A stretch of 64,000 nt of DNA from Nanohaloarchaea archaeon B1-Br10_U2g19 (GCA_001563905.1 LKMO01000002.1:3397-67396), one strand, 5' to 3'; shown: positions 39,101-49,002, counted from the stretch's first letter. Program-made: numbers and translations. Notes: generated by a model from the letters alone, not told the origin.

Positions 39101-39717
39101 ATAGGATGGTTCTTGCTTACTTTGACTTTTCTGCCGTTAAATGTTGTAATTTCTAAGTACTTTTTGTCGGAAGGTCGGCGCATAACTTTCTCAATGCTAC
39201 AGAATTCGGTATTCCAGTCATTCATACCGACTATTTCTAAGTCTTCACATTCTACGTACTCGAATTCTTCGTCCTTTTTAACTTCTTGATGTTGAAGGAT
39301 ACTGTCTATAAGTTCGCCGGCTCTAACAATACTAATTTCATTATCTTGTTTTACAACAACATTTTCCTCGTATTGTAAACATCCTTCTAGATCGAAGTCG
39401 CAAGCGTTGACGTAGTTGTCTGCTTTCTCTAACTGGTCTCTAAGGTTGTTGTAGTACTTTTTCATGTAGTCGGCGCTGTCCGATGTTTCGAAGGTTGGTT
39501 TCCATTCTACGTCGAATACGGGATAGTCCCAGCCTTCTTCTATCTGATCTAGATTGAAGATATGGCCTACTGCTGGAGCTATGATTAGTTTTCCTTTGTC
39601 TGTGTCTATGACGTAGTTTTTTACTCCTCGGTTCTCGTCTATGGAGTAGTCTCCTAGTGCTTGCGCTATTCTTGAAGCGACTTTTGGTTTCTCTCCAACA
39701 AGTACTGTTGTAGGCAT
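36163..39717 (-). CDS. topA: DNA topoisomerase I (type IA), intein-containing
   Basis: EKP, GH, DFDLEG TOPRIM; GRVQ; ISYPRT catalytic Tyr; C-terminal zinc ribbons. Confidence 0.95.
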   Translation of the reverse strand: MPTTVLVGEKPKVASRIAQALGDYSIDENRGVKNYVIDTDKGKLIIAPAVGHIFNLDQIEEGWDYPVFDVEWKPTFETSDSADYMKKYYNNLRDQLEKADNYVNACDFDLEGCLQYEENVVVKQDNEISIVRAGELIDSILQHQEVKKDEEFEYVECEDLEIVGMNDWNTEFCSIEKVMRRPSDKKYLEITTFNGRKVKVSKNHPMLVATDKGLESKHAEDLEVGDQVLNTKSTPHNSTKEELDLIDELDEIYVHGFKEEMKIMPAEMCKHVEKTRKQCVNYRYHDRMPKNIFLELEDNLGVERSDLTVSSYKGSTRLPAKLKLDRKLGRFIGLYLAEGCIDSGGFIGLYFGPEEDELVKEVREFLNFIGTEGRIRKRNVKGSYGDSECFEVGTKSRILRMLLKNLDVGEASGEKKLPTWILSTPEAFKKGLISGYWDGDGSIFIDRKDDRAIASAGSKSSKLLEDFFYLLQSYTVNPSFQSWNHSDREMTNLTIGRSQDLARISSKLNFSDEIQQKVEEVSKNTRYNLGGLPTCLARRQKVKTEKKGQLNAAETISRTHVLEWEEEMEKYPDGDATFLKVKKIQEKNSEKDYFYDFQTSSRNFMHGNGIISHNSVIGYNVIKHITDADEDDIRRMKFSTLTQGDLQNAFDDLEDFDRGMTEAGITRHVLDYYYGINVSRALMKAVRKADRYKTLSTGRVQGPALKILADREREIQAFEPDPYWEIYLKHSEFDAQWEDDEDRIWDEDTAEKVFKEVKDAKETVVTNVKVNNYKHNVPIPFNLTGLQSEASSQFRISPKKTQQIAQTLYENGLISYPRTESQKLPAKLGYKRLLNKLKGQKEYQDIAKKVLDKNKLSPRQGKKKDDAHPAIYPTGEHPSNLSKQERKVYDLIVKRFFAVFGDAAKRQSLTFTLEVNGHDFKAKSKITKERNWYDLYEPYVRVDEADLPDMEEGQTLDIEEFEIVEKETQPPNRYSQSGIVNKLEKKDLGTKATRASTIDRLYSRNYIEEEPIEVTPLGLTIVSTLEDHCGEIVSEELTREFEEKMDSIQEEKDTREEVLEEAEKHLGDILGKFKEQELEIGKELVETIDADRERRRQLGACQECEEEDREDGTLRIIKTKQGRFVGCSNYPDCENSFPLPRNGDIKATNEVCEECGTPKIWVNRKKGKNYNMCIDPDCPTKDDW
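37876..39381 (-). mobile_element. Intein with LAGLIDADG homing endonuclease (502 aa) in topA
   Basis: Starts CLQYEE after DLEG, block B NHP, LAGLIDADG-like IGLYLAEG and ISGYWDGDG, ends SHN followed by Ser. Confidence 0.92.
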
Positions 39718-39823
39718 TTGTGTTATTTAGGGGCGGTAAAGTTTAAAGAACCGGTTTATTGAAATGATCAGTAATGGTGTCGGTATAACACAACTGTTTT
39801 GTATCAACAAAGGATAAAAGATT

Positions 39824-41095
39824 ATGTCACGGAAAAGTAACAATATGCTGCAGGGCAGAGAAATGTCGGAAATAGAAGATATGGATATCCGTATAAGCCA
39901 AGACAGCATAGACACTATAGAAACAGAGGTCGGAAAAGTAGGAGACAGACTCAGAACCGAACTATCACCTCACATAGACTCCAAAGACATTGAAATAGAA
40001 GGCAACCAAAGCAGAGATCTTTTCCAGATATATGAAGTAATATACGGAGACCAATTATTCGACAGCATCTTCGATAGAGAACAAGAAAAAAGAAAGATGC
40101 GGAGCACAGTAGGCGGAAGAGAAGAAAACCGGAAAAACAACAAAGAGAAAAAAAGCAGACTAATCGCCTCAATAATAGAAGACTCCTGGACAGAAGTAAG
40201 AAACAGCTTTGAAGCAGAAGCCGACATAAAATGGGAAGGAAAAGCCGGAACAGAAACGTTCAACGCATACCCTAGAGGAGACTTCCAGTTCGACAGAATA
40301 CTTTCCAAGCCCTCGATATTTATACTAGAAAGCCAGGAATCCAACAGAAAACTGGCTATGAGAAAATGGCGGCCTCTACAAAAAAAAGAAAGAACAAGAC
40401 TAGCAGGACAACAGCCAAGCTTCAAACCAACACAGCACGATGACAACTTCTTCAAAGCAGTTGGCACAGAAGAACAGTCTCTAGACATGTTCACGGAATC
40501 AAACGTCCTGCTGAATGAAAGAGAGCTACAAACCGCTTTGAACCGTGAAGAAGGAGTCTACGATAACTTCAAAGACGAAGAGTATTTTACCCCTGTAACA
40601 CCTAACAGAATAGCTATATCAGACAGTTACAAGGACGAAACAGTTTATGCACTACGTCCGTGGATGATAAACGAGTTTGATGGAGGACCTGACGTCTCCT
40701 CTGACGCAGAACGTTTCGGAGAATATTACGCAAACATGGCTAACCTAGGACTAGTAAATTTCTTCGATAGAAAAGACGAGTTCTACAGCGATACATGGCC
40801 GGAAGCCGCAGGAAACTACACGGTCTTTGTGGACAACGAGTTCATGCTATATGTTGACAGCGATATGCATCATAGAGGCGGCGAAGACTACATAGATATG
40901 GTTGACAACCTGGAATCAATTCTTGAAGAACACGGCTATAATGAAGAAGTAGCCTATAACTTTGTTCAGAACTTCTCGGAAAGCTTCAACAGCTCAGTAG
41001 ATAGAACTCCTGATATAGAACTTTTAGACTATGTTCCTGAAGGTTTTGATACTGATCTCTACTCTGAGGACAAGAAGATTTCTACCAGAGTATAA
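39824..41095 (+). CDS. Hypothetical protein, possible remote kinase-like fold
   Basis: 423-aa acidic ORF; FFDRKDE and VFVDNE vaguely resemble kinase catalytic segments. Confidence 0.6.
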   Translation: MSRKSNNMLQGREMSEIEDMDIRISQDSIDTIETEVGKVGDRLRTELSPHIDSKDIEIEGNQSRDLFQIYEVIYGDQLFDSIFDREQEKRKMRSTVGGREENRKNNKEKKSRLIASIIEDSWTEVRNSFEAEADIKWEGKAGTETFNAYPRGDFQFDRILSKPSIFILESQESNRKLAMRKWRPLQKKERTRLAGQQPSFKPTQHDDNFFKAVGTEEQSLDMFTESNVLLNERELQTALNREEGVYDNFKDEEYFTPVTPNRIAISDSYKDETVYALRPWMINEFDGGPDVSSDAERFGEYYANMANLGLVNFFDRKDEFYSDTWPEAAGNYTVFVDNEFMLYVDSDMHHRGGEDYIDMVDNLESILEEHGYNEEVAYNFVQNFSESFNSSVDRTPDIELLDYVPEGFDTDLYSEDKKISTRV

Positions 41096-41129
41096 AAGAA
41101 AAGAGAAGTAGAAGTAGTTGAAGGCGCTA

Positions 41130-41366
41130 TTACTCTATTACAGGGTTTCTCCAGGAGCCTCCTGCTATAATTGATGCGGCCACAATTAGTGCTGCTGAAA
41201 GCACTACAAAGTCTCCATCTACAGCTACGTTCGCTAAGTCTGCACCGGTTACTACTACAAATACTGTTATGAAGAAGGCTATGATCGCAAGGATTATGCT
41301 TGCCGCAAAGCCTATAACTGCGTCTACTAGGTCTCTGACCCTAAAGTCGTCGTTTGCCATTTCCAA
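41130..41366 (-). CDS. Small two-helix membrane protein
   Basis: Two hydrophobic helices, 78 aa. Confidence 0.7.
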   Translation of the reverse strand: MEMANDDFRVRDLVDAVIGFAASIILAIIAFFITVFVVVTGADLANVAVDGDFVVLSAALIVAASIIAGGSWRNPVIE

Positions 41367-41395
41367 TACACCTATGGCACTATTCTGCAGCCCTA

Positions 41396-42664
41396 TTAAT
41401 TAATTTCTAGGTATTCCTGTCCGCCCATGTACTGTTGTAATGCCTTTGGAATCCGGATTCCTTTCTCGGTCTGATTATTCTCAATTATTGCAGTCATAAT
41501 TCTAGATGTTGCGCAAGCAGTAGCATTTAGTGTATGTGCCACATAGTTCTCTTCTTTTCCTCTTATACGGACATTAACCTTTCTAGCCTGATAGTCTGTG
41601 CAGTTACTGCATGATACAACTTCTCCGTACTCTCCAAGAGGAGGTCTCCAAACTTCTATGTCATACTTTTTAGCTGCTGTATCGCCCATATCGCCTGTAC
41701 AGACGTTTACAACGCGGTAAGGTAGCTCGAGCTTCCTCATTACTTCTTCAGCGTTATCTAATAACTCTTCATGAAGCTCCCAGGAGCCCTCAGGTTTGCT
41801 GAATATAAATTGCTCTACTTTCTCGAACTGATGTACTCTCCAAATTCCTCGAGTTTGTTGACCGTGTTTGCCTGCTTCTTCTCTGAAATTTGTTGAGAAG
41901 CCAGCATACTTTTTGGGAAACTCTTCAGTTAGTAGGATCTCGTCCATGTGCAGGGTAGCCAGGGTCTGCTCTGAGGTTGCTATCAGGTACTTGTCCTCGT
42001 CTTCTATCTTGTACAGTTTTTCTTCAAAGTCTTCAATTTCTGCTGCTGCGGCAATAGGCTTGTACTTCAGCATATAAGGTGTCTGCATAGGCGTATAACC
42101 CTTATCACGAAGCAGATCCATTGAAAATCTTATCAATGCTTGATTCAAGTAGAATAAATCTCCTTCTAGATAGTAAGCTCTTTCTCCGGCTAGCTCAGTA
42201 GCTTTTTCTTGATGGATAAGATTGTTTTCCTCGATAATATCTGCTGCAAGTTCGGAGTCTTCCAGCTTACCTGTTTCAGGCGCCCAAGTTTTGACTTCTA
42301 CATTGTCATCTTCATCCTCTCCTTGAGGTACCGAGTCGTGGAGTATGTTTCCGATTGTGTATCTTAGGTCGTCTCTTTCTTCTTTGAGGTTATCAACTTC
42401 TTCTTCTAACTTACTTATTTTTTCTTTGACCTCGGACATTTTCCGAATTTCTTCTTCAGCAGATTCTCCGTTTTTCTTAAGTTCGGCTATTTCATCTCCA
42501 ACAGTGTTTCTTTTAGCTCTGAGGTCTTCAAGCTTCTGGAGTTTTTCACGCCATTCTTCGTCTAGTTCTATTACTTTATCGACTTTCGAGGTATCCTCTC
42601 CTCTATATTTTTCAGACTGTTTAATCTCCTCAGGATTCTCTCGGAAAAGGTTGATGTCAAGCAT
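41396..42664 (-). CDS. serS: Seryl-tRNA synthetase
   Basis: MLDI, coiled-coil arm, LIATSE, FREEAG, RVHQFEKVEQ and EVVSCSNCTDYQ motifs. Confidence 0.96.
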   Translation of the reverse strand: MLDINLFRENPEEIKQSEKYRGEDTSKVDKVIELDEEWREKLQKLEDLRAKRNTVGDEIAELKKNGESAEEEIRKMSEVKEKISKLEEEVDNLKEERDDLRYTIGNILHDSVPQGEDEDDNVEVKTWAPETGKLEDSELAADIIEENNLIHQEKATELAGERAYYLEGDLFYLNQALIRFSMDLLRDKGYTPMQTPYMLKYKPIAAAAEIEDFEEKLYKIEDEDKYLIATSEQTLATLHMDEILLTEEFPKKYAGFSTNFREEAGKHGQQTRGIWRVHQFEKVEQFIFSKPEGSWELHEELLDNAEEVMRKLELPYRVVNVCTGDMGDTAAKKYDIEVWRPPLGEYGEVVSCSNCTDYQARKVNVRIRGKEENYVAHTLNATACATSRIMTAIIENNQTEKGIRIPKALQQYMGGQEYLEIN

Positions 42665-43018
42665 AGAAATCAGTTGGATAGAAATTTTTATCTAAAACAG
42701 GTTTTAAGCTAGTTGCAAAGTCTTCGGCCGGAAAAATATCCACCTTTCATTGTGTAAAAATTATGATCTTTTCAGAGTTAAATAGATTTTTACTTTGGTC
42801 TGTGCTGGTTAGAGGAGGATAGGATTTACCCCTTCTAGATTTGTAGAATATCATGGCTTTGCCATATTTGTTCTTTTTTTAATTTTTAGACTAGTTTAAT
42901 CGTAAATAACGTTATGGAGAGCTGTTAGAATCTTTTTAAGAGATAAATTGGTTTTGAGTCTAGTTAAGAGAGTCTTAAACGTTATGACTTATATTTCAGT
43001 TTTGGAAAAATAGTTCTT

Positions 43019-43744
43019 ATGCAAGAAAAAGTTGTGTTCATTACGGGTGGTTCAACAGGTATAGGAAAATCTACTGCAGAAAAGTTCTCCGAGAGAGGAT
43101 CGACTGTAGTCATAGGAGATGTAAACGTTGAGGAAGGTCAAAAGACTGCTGACGAGCTTGGAGTAGAGTTTCGTGAGTGCGATGTCTCGGATTGGGAAAG
43201 CACGAAGTTCGTTGTTGAAAGTATCGTAGAGGATCATGGACGTCTGGATGTTGTTATAAACAATGCGGGTATAGGATCCACAGATACTATAGAAGAAATG
43301 AGTATTGAAGAATGGCGGAAAATCATGGCGGTTGATCTTGACGGCGTTATGTACGGTACAAAAGCTGCAGTACCACATCTGAAAGAGACCGAGGGCTGTG
43401 TGATAAATACTGCTTCTATATATGGTCTTGTAGGTGATGTAGGAGCAACGGCGTATAATGCTGCTAAAGGAGGTGTTGTGAACTTTACTCGCTCAGTTGC
43501 TAATGATCTAGCTGGGCATAATGTAAGGGTTAACTCTATATGCCCTGGTTTCGTTGATACTCCACTTATACAGGAGGCAATGGCTGATGAGGATTTTAAG
43601 AACCATATTCTTGGTGAAACACCGTTAGGTCGTGTAGCAGAGCCTGAAGAGGTTGCGGAGGTAATGGTTTTCCTTGCGTCTGATAGAGCCTCTTATATGA
43701 CAGGAGCTAATATACCGGTTGATGGTGGTTGGACCAGCCATTAA
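43019..43744 (+). CDS. Short-chain dehydrogenase/reductase
   Basis: TGGSTGIG, NNAG and YNAAK motifs. Confidence 0.92.
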   Translation: MQEKVVFITGGSTGIGKSTAEKFSERGSTVVIGDVNVEEGQKTADELGVEFRECDVSDWESTKFVVESIVEDHGRLDVVINNAGIGSTDTIEEMSIEEWRKIMAVDLDGVMYGTKAAVPHLKETEGCVINTASIYGLVGDVGATAYNAAKGGVVNFTRSVANDLAGHNVRVNSICPGFVDTPLIQEAMADEDFKNHILGETPLGRVAEPEEVAEVMVFLASDRASYMTGANIPVDGGWTSH

Positions 43745-43874
43745 TTCGGTTTTTTCCTTCTCTTATTTTCTTTCAATTTTCAGTTTTTTTTGGCTTGGCG
43801 TTGAATCTTTCTATTTTGAGAGGTTTTGCATAAAAACAGTAAGTGTTTAAAAGTTCAACATAATTACACTAACT

Positions 43875-44117
43875 ATGATGAATATAACAGTTTACTCAAC
43901 ACCGTCATGCCCATACTGTGTTAAAATCAAAGAATGGCTAAACTCTGAGGACTTAGACTATACAGAACACAACGTTGCTGAAGACCAAGAGAAAGCTATG
44001 GAGATGATAAAGAAGACAGGACAGAGAGGAGTTCCGCAGACAATTGTGGAGAAAGATGGTGAAGAGAGTGTAGTGGTAGGTTTCCAGCCTCAGAAGATAA
44101 AGGAGCTGGTAGGATGA
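43875..44117 (+). CDS. Glutaredoxin/NrdH-like redoxin
   Basis: CPYC and GQRGVP motifs. Confidence 0.88.
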   Translation: MMNITVYSTPSCPYCVKIKEWLNSEDLDYTEHNVAEDQEKAMEMIKKTGQRGVPQTIVEKDGEESVVVGFQPQKIKELVG

Positions 44118-44296
44118 GCTCAGAGCTTTTCGTGAGACGCCTAGCAGGCACGGTAGTAACTCTTGGATTTCTGGGAGGCTGGTTCGTCCATGAATTGATT
44201 TATCTGATAACTCTTTTCGCAGGACTAAATCTTTTGCAGAGCTCTTTCACAGGTTTCTGTCCTCCTGAAAAATTATATGAGAGGTTTAAGGGGTAG
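44114..44296 (+). CDS. DUF2892/YgaP-like small membrane protein
   Basis: Two TM helices, LQSSFTGFCP motif. Confidence 0.8.
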   Translation: MSSELFVRRLAGTVVTLGFLGGWFVHELIYLITLFAGLNLLQSSFTGFCPPEKLYERFKG

Positions 44297-44329
44297 GAGT
44301 TAAAGGTTTCACTCTCTCAAATAACTTTT

Positions 44330-44659
44330 ATGGAATGTCCTCAAGAAATGCAGGAGCTTATGAAGGTACTCTATAACCTTTCAGGTTCGGAGACCGAGAT
44401 ACTATATCTTCTGTGTGAGAGCGAGGCACGTGTCTCAAAGATTGCTGAGGAACTGGGAAAAGACCGTTCTACTGTTCAGCGGTATCTGTCAAAGCTCCAG
44501 TCTTCAGGACTTGTAAAACGTGAAGCTCGAGTTGAGGATGGTAAGAAAGGCCGTTACTTTGTTTACAGAGTTCCTGATAAAGAAGATATGAAGGAAAAAA
44601 TAGAGCAAAGAATGGATGAGTGGCGTGAAGAAAAATTTGAGGTTCTTGAAGAGGTCTAA
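44330..44659 (+). CDS. HTH transcriptional regulator (TrmB-like)
   Basis: IAEELGKDRSTVQRYLSKL...GLV wHTH. Confidence 0.85.
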   Translation: MECPQEMQELMKVLYNLSGSETEILYLLCESEARVSKIAEELGKDRSTVQRYLSKLQSSGLVKREARVEDGKKGRYFVYRVPDKEDMKEKIEQRMDEWREEKFEVLEEV

Positions 44660-44868
44660 GAGAGCGCTGTTTTTGCAGATTCAAACACTCTGTTGAAGTC
44701 AAGAATGTTTTTCTCTTCGTTGAATATTTCTTTGTTATCTGCTGTTATTTCTAGTTTACAGTTTCCGCACTCGGTTTTTTCCACATCTTCAAGCTTTGAT
44801 AGTTCTTTTTCCAGTTTTTCTACAACGAGTTCGTCTCCGCATACTCCGCAGTACTTTATCTCGATCAT
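44656..44868 (-). CDS. Small SelW/Rdx-like protein with CxxC motifs
   Basis: IEIKYCGVCG plus a second CGNC. Confidence 0.55.
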   Translation of the reverse strand: MIEIKYCGVCGDELVVEKLEKELSKLEDVEKTECGNCKLEITADNKEIFNEEKNILDFNRVFESAKTALS

Positions 44869-44943
44869 TTTTTTCTCCTCCTTATTATTTTACTATAACA
44901 ATAGTTGTGTATAAAAGTGTAACTATAACACACAAATAATGTT

Positions 44944-47235
44944 ATGTTCCATATCGACCAAAAATTAGGTAAACTAGGAAAATACTCTGCTAAAAATCCG
45001 TGGAAAACTATACTCGCAACAGTACTAATACTTTCTGTAGCCGGATTTGGCGCCTCCCAAGTACAGATGAATATGGGTATGGAGCTGTACATCGATGAAG
45101 ATTCTCAGACTATGGAAGACTGGAATGAGATACAAGAAGACTTTAACAAAGGAAATGTCGTCTTCCTGATGTTTGAAACTGATGAAAGCTACGACATATA
45201 TGATCCTGCTGCCATGCAAACCATTGAGTCGGTCTATCAAGACCTCTATGAAGAGGTTGAAAGTGCCGGACTAGTAACCAGCATGGCACATCCTGTGAAA
45301 GCAGGTCCTGGAGGAGGAGAGATACCTGAAACCAGTGAGGATGTAGAGCACTCAATAAAAACCACTCAACAGGCGCATCCTATGAATGAAAAAGTAATAA
45401 GCAACCTACATCCAGATATCGGAGAAGAAGAGAACACAGCAATCATAATGGTTCAGTACGGTGACGTAAACGTTACCGAAGAAGACGAACTTTTCGGCTT
45501 CCTACCTGTCTCAGAAGAAAGCATAGTTGAACAGCAAGTAGAAACAGTTATTGAAGAAAACGAAATCCCTGAAGAAATGGATGTAACAGTTACAGGAGAT
45601 CCTGTCTTCGAAGAAGCAGCATTTGGTATGATGCTTCCTGAGATGATTAAACTTTTCTCTGCCGCATTTTTGATCATACTTGGAACAGTATTCTTAGTTA
45701 TGAGAGGAAAACTAGAATCTAGGAGAAATATTGCATTACCTCTCGTATCATCGGTTGCTAGCCTTTTAGTTATGATGGGCGCGATGGGATTCTTAGGATT
45801 CAACTTCAACGCTATTATGTTAGGAGTTCTCCCAATTGCACTAGGACTAAGTATAGATTACGGTTTACAGATACAGACGCGTTATACGGAAGAGAGAGGT
45901 AACGGCAAAACACCTGTTGAAGCCGGAGAAACAGCGGCTAAGTACACAGGAAGAGCCTTAGCAATCGCCATGACTACTACAGCAATAGGTCTGGGAGCAT
46001 TGTTGATATCCTCTGTACCTCCAACAAGACAATTTGGAGCCACTTCTATCTCTGCTATTGCGGCAGCAATGTTTCTCTCAGTTACTTTCTTAGTGGCTCT
46101 TCTTGTTATTTTTGATAACAAAAACTATTCTAGGAAAGAGAAAGAGTTTGAGGCCTATTTCAGCGGTTTCACAGATAAAGTGATTCAAAACAGAGGAAAG
46201 CTTATTGGTGTTGGAGTCATAATGCTTTTCCTTGGTGCTTTAGCGGCTCCGCAAGTTGACACAACGGAGGACATGCTGGATTACTGGCCTCAAATTCAGG
46301 AGCGTCACGACATAACGGCTATGGAGGAGAGGGTAGCAGCACCTAACATCATATATGCCGTAGTTGAGGAAGAAGGCATCTACAATCCTGAAAGCTTTGT
46401 TGAGATAGGAGAGTTTCAGAATAAGACTGAGGAACATGAAGAGATCATAACAGTTGTCAGCCCTATAAGGGCTACAGAGTCAACTAATAGTGACTGGCTG
46501 CCTGAGACTCAGGAAGAGCTTGATGAACAGATGGATATACGTGCTGGAGTTGACAGACCGCCTACAGCAGGACAACATCCGTACAACCACTCTGACAGAG
46601 TAGTGATTCAGATTTATGTTGAAGATATCTCTGGTGAAACGGAGAGAGATGTAATTGATCATGTTGAGAGTACTGCAGAAGTGATGGACAAAGATACACG
46701 CGTGACCGGTAAGATGGTTGTGAACCGGAATGTTATTGAGAACGTTACTTCGGGATTAGCGCCTATGACAGCTTTAAGCTTTGCTCTAGGGTTTTTATTC
46801 TTGGCTATAGCTTTGAGATCTTTCAAGGACTCTGCAATCCTTATAGGGTCTGTTGCTGTGTCTTCGGTACTGCTTCTAACCGGAGCAATGTACGTATTTA
46901 ACGTGCCATGGAATCCTTTGACAGTTACAGTTGCAGCAATTATACTCGGGATAGGGATTGATTATGGAGTACATGTTAATGAGAGATACAAAGAGGAGCT
47001 TGAAAACGGGAAAAATAGTGTGGAAGCTATGAAAAAAGCTGTGGCTCATAAATCTCGTCCAATACTGGGTTCAGGACTTACAACACTATTAGGGTTTGGA
47101 GTCTTAGTGTTATCGGATTTCCCAGTACTTGTGAACTTTGGTTATGCGGTCTTATTTGCGATGGCGTTCGCACTAGCGGCAACATTTGTTTTGCTCCCTG
47201 CAACAGTATTGGCGGTTGATAAGTTCAGGGACTAA
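44944..47235 (+). CDS. RND/MMPL-family transporter
   Basis: Two repeats of TM plus extracytoplasmic domain; GLSIDYG and GIGIDYG motifs. Confidence 0.9.
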   Translation: MFHIDQKLGKLGKYSAKNPWKTILATVLILSVAGFGASQVQMNMGMELYIDEDSQTMEDWNEIQEDFNKGNVVFLMFETDESYDIYDPAAMQTIESVYQDLYEEVESAGLVTSMAHPVKAGPGGGEIPETSEDVEHSIKTTQQAHPMNEKVISNLHPDIGEEENTAIIMVQYGDVNVTEEDELFGFLPVSEESIVEQQVETVIEENEIPEEMDVTVTGDPVFEEAAFGMMLPEMIKLFSAAFLIILGTVFLVMRGKLESRRNIALPLVSSVASLLVMMGAMGFLGFNFNAIMLGVLPIALGLSIDYGLQIQTRYTEERGNGKTPVEAGETAAKYTGRALAIAMTTTAIGLGALLISSVPPTRQFGATSISAIAAAMFLSVTFLVALLVIFDNKNYSRKEKEFEAYFSGFTDKVIQNRGKLIGVGVIMLFLGALAAPQVDTTEDMLDYWPQIQERHDITAMEERVAAPNIIYAVVEEEGIYNPESFVEIGEFQNKTEEHEEIITVVSPIRATESTNSDWLPETQEELDEQMDIRAGVDRPPTAGQHPYNHSDRVVIQIYVEDISGETERDVIDHVESTAEVMDKDTRVTGKMVVNRNVIENVTSGLAPMTALSFALGFLFLAIALRSFKDSAILIGSVAVSSVLLLTGAMYVFNVPWNPLTVTVAAIILGIGIDYGVHVNERYKEELENGKNSVEAMKKAVAHKSRPILGSGLTTLLGFGVLVLSDFPVLVNFGYAVLFAMAFALAATFVLLPATVLAVDKFRD

Positions 47236-47327
47236 AAAAACCATTTCTTCATTCCCCTCTTTTTTCTTTAGAAATGCTGATAGAACGTGTTCAGAAATAA
47301 GAAAAAGAAGAAAATTATTTAATCAGA

Positions 47328-48347
47328 TTAGATGTAATCTGGTTTCTCGTGCCCTATCTCTTCTAGAGGCTTAAGAAGCTCTGGCTCTTCCTTAAACCTT
47401 TCTCTTACAGGCTCAAGTTTTTCGGCTATATGATTAGCGACGCTGTTCTTAAGATCTTGCGGATGTAGTTCTCCTGATTCAAACGCTTGCTCAAGCTCAT
47501 CTAGTGTTTCATACTTCGCGTTTCCTCCGTACTCTTCAGGTCTTTCAACTAAGAGCTCTTCATCGTCACCAAAGATATGGAAACGTGCAACCTGTATAAT
47601 AGGGTTTTCCTCAACTTCTCCTTGAGGACAGTAAGCACCGTTAATACGGTCTTTGATTGTTTCTTTGGAGGCGTGTAGAGGGAACATTGTCTTAGGTTTA
47701 GAGGAACTCATCTTATCGGTTCCTTGAAGAGAAACAACTAAAGGATGATGAAGGCAAGTAGGTTTCCTGTAACCTATGTCTGGAAGAACTTCTCTTGCCA
47801 GCATATGGATTTTTCTCTGCTCTATACCTCCAATAGCAACATCTACATCTAGATACTCGATGTCCAGTGCTTGCATTAACGGGTAGACTATCTGTGAAAC
47901 GCTTTGGCTATCGCGGTCGCCTCTTGCAACTTCCTGCATACTTCTAGTTCCACGGTTAATCGTTGTATTCAAGCTTATTTCAAGTATGTCGTGGAAGTAA
48001 TCGGTGTCCTCTTGGAACTCTCTTCCTCGGATGTACTCAGCCTCTAGTCCACAGGCTTCGAAAGTTGCTTGCCAGTACTCGGTCATAGCCTGTATCCAGT
48101 CTTCTTCACCTTTCTTGTTGAGGTAGGTATGCAGATCTGCGAATAAAATCTTGACGTTGAAACCGGCTTTCTGCATGTCCAGTGTTTTTCTGATGCTTAG
48201 CCAGTGGCCGAGATGTAAAGGTCCTGAAGTCTCATATCCTACATAAGTGGTTGGAGAGTCTTTTTCTAGTATTTCATCTAGTTCTTCTTCTGTAACGATT
48301 TCAGTTGTATTTCTCAGGACCAGTTCTTTACGTTTCTCGACGTCCAT
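47328..48347 (-). CDS. tyrS: Tyrosyl-tRNA synthetase (archaeal type)
   Basis: HLGH, YPLMQALD, GGIEQRKIH and KMSSS motifs. Confidence 0.95.
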   Translation of the reverse strand: MDVEKRKELVLRNTTEIVTEEELDEILEKDSPTTYVGYETSGPLHLGHWLSIRKTLDMQKAGFNVKILFADLHTYLNKKGEEDWIQAMTEYWQATFEACGLEAEYIRGREFQEDTDYFHDILEISLNTTINRGTRSMQEVARGDRDSQSVSQIVYPLMQALDIEYLDVDVAIGGIEQRKIHMLAREVLPDIGYRKPTCLHHPLVVSLQGTDKMSSSKPKTMFPLHASKETIKDRINGAYCPQGEVEENPIIQVARFHIFGDDEELLVERPEEYGGNAKYETLDELEQAFESGELHPQDLKNSVANHIAEKLEPVRERFKEEPELLKPLEEIGHEKPDYI

Positions 48348-48372
48348 AACTAGATAGTTTCTGTTTTAACTG

Positions 48373-49002
48373 TTATAATTCTTCTTGACTGTTTGAGAAA
48401 CCTATAAAGTTGTAACCTACAGAGTGAGAGTCTTCCTTCCTACCTAGTTCTTCGGCATTAAGGGTTGCTACCGCTGCGCTGGGTTCCTCATAACTGTTAG
48501 GATCTACGGTTTCTTCAATAAGCTCGGCGCTACTATCTGTTTCAGGTATTAGTTCGTAGAACTCTTCGTCAAACTTTGCTGCCTCCATAGCGAACATTAG
48601 TGTATCATTTCTAGCTCTCTGAAGCGAACGGTAGTCTAAAGATTCGTTGTCCAGTCTTTCGTTGTCTACAGTTTCCTGTTCTGAATGAAGATCTAGCCAG
48701 TCGTAGTTTTCTCCTGTTTCAGGAAGGTTTCCGTGACGTCTTGCAATACGGTATAACTGTTCTTCACGGTTTTCAAACATTTGAGGCTCTACAGAATCTA
48801 AAACTTCGTTCGCCTCCTCTAAAAGACTTTCTAACTCATCTAAATCATCTTTATAGCTTTTACTGTCTTCTATATACATTTCAACTAGGTCAGAATCATC
48901 TATAAAACCATAAGATATTTGGAAACGTTTTGAAGTTCGCGAACTACGTTCTCTAAGGTCTTCTGCTAACTGATCTACATATCTCTGAGAGTAGCCTTCC
49001 AT
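48373..49002 (-). CDS. Acidic hypothetical protein
   Basis: 209-aa ORF with no recognised motif. Confidence 0.65.
   Translation of the reverse strand: MEGYSQRYVDQLAEDLRERSSRTSKRFQISYGFIDDSDLVEMYIEDSKSYKDDLDELESLLEEANEVLDSVEPQMFENREEQLYRIARRHGNLPETGENYDWLDLHSEQETVDNERLDNESLDYRSLQRARNDTLMFAMEAAKFDEEFYELIPETDSSAELIEETVDPNSYEEPSAAVATLNAEELGRKEDSHSVGYNFIGFSNSQEEL

Noticed and set aside
42665..43018. Intergenic gap with a weak hairpin near 42810-42838
   Set aside because: A single imperfect stem in AT-rich divergent promoter DNA; insufficient evidence
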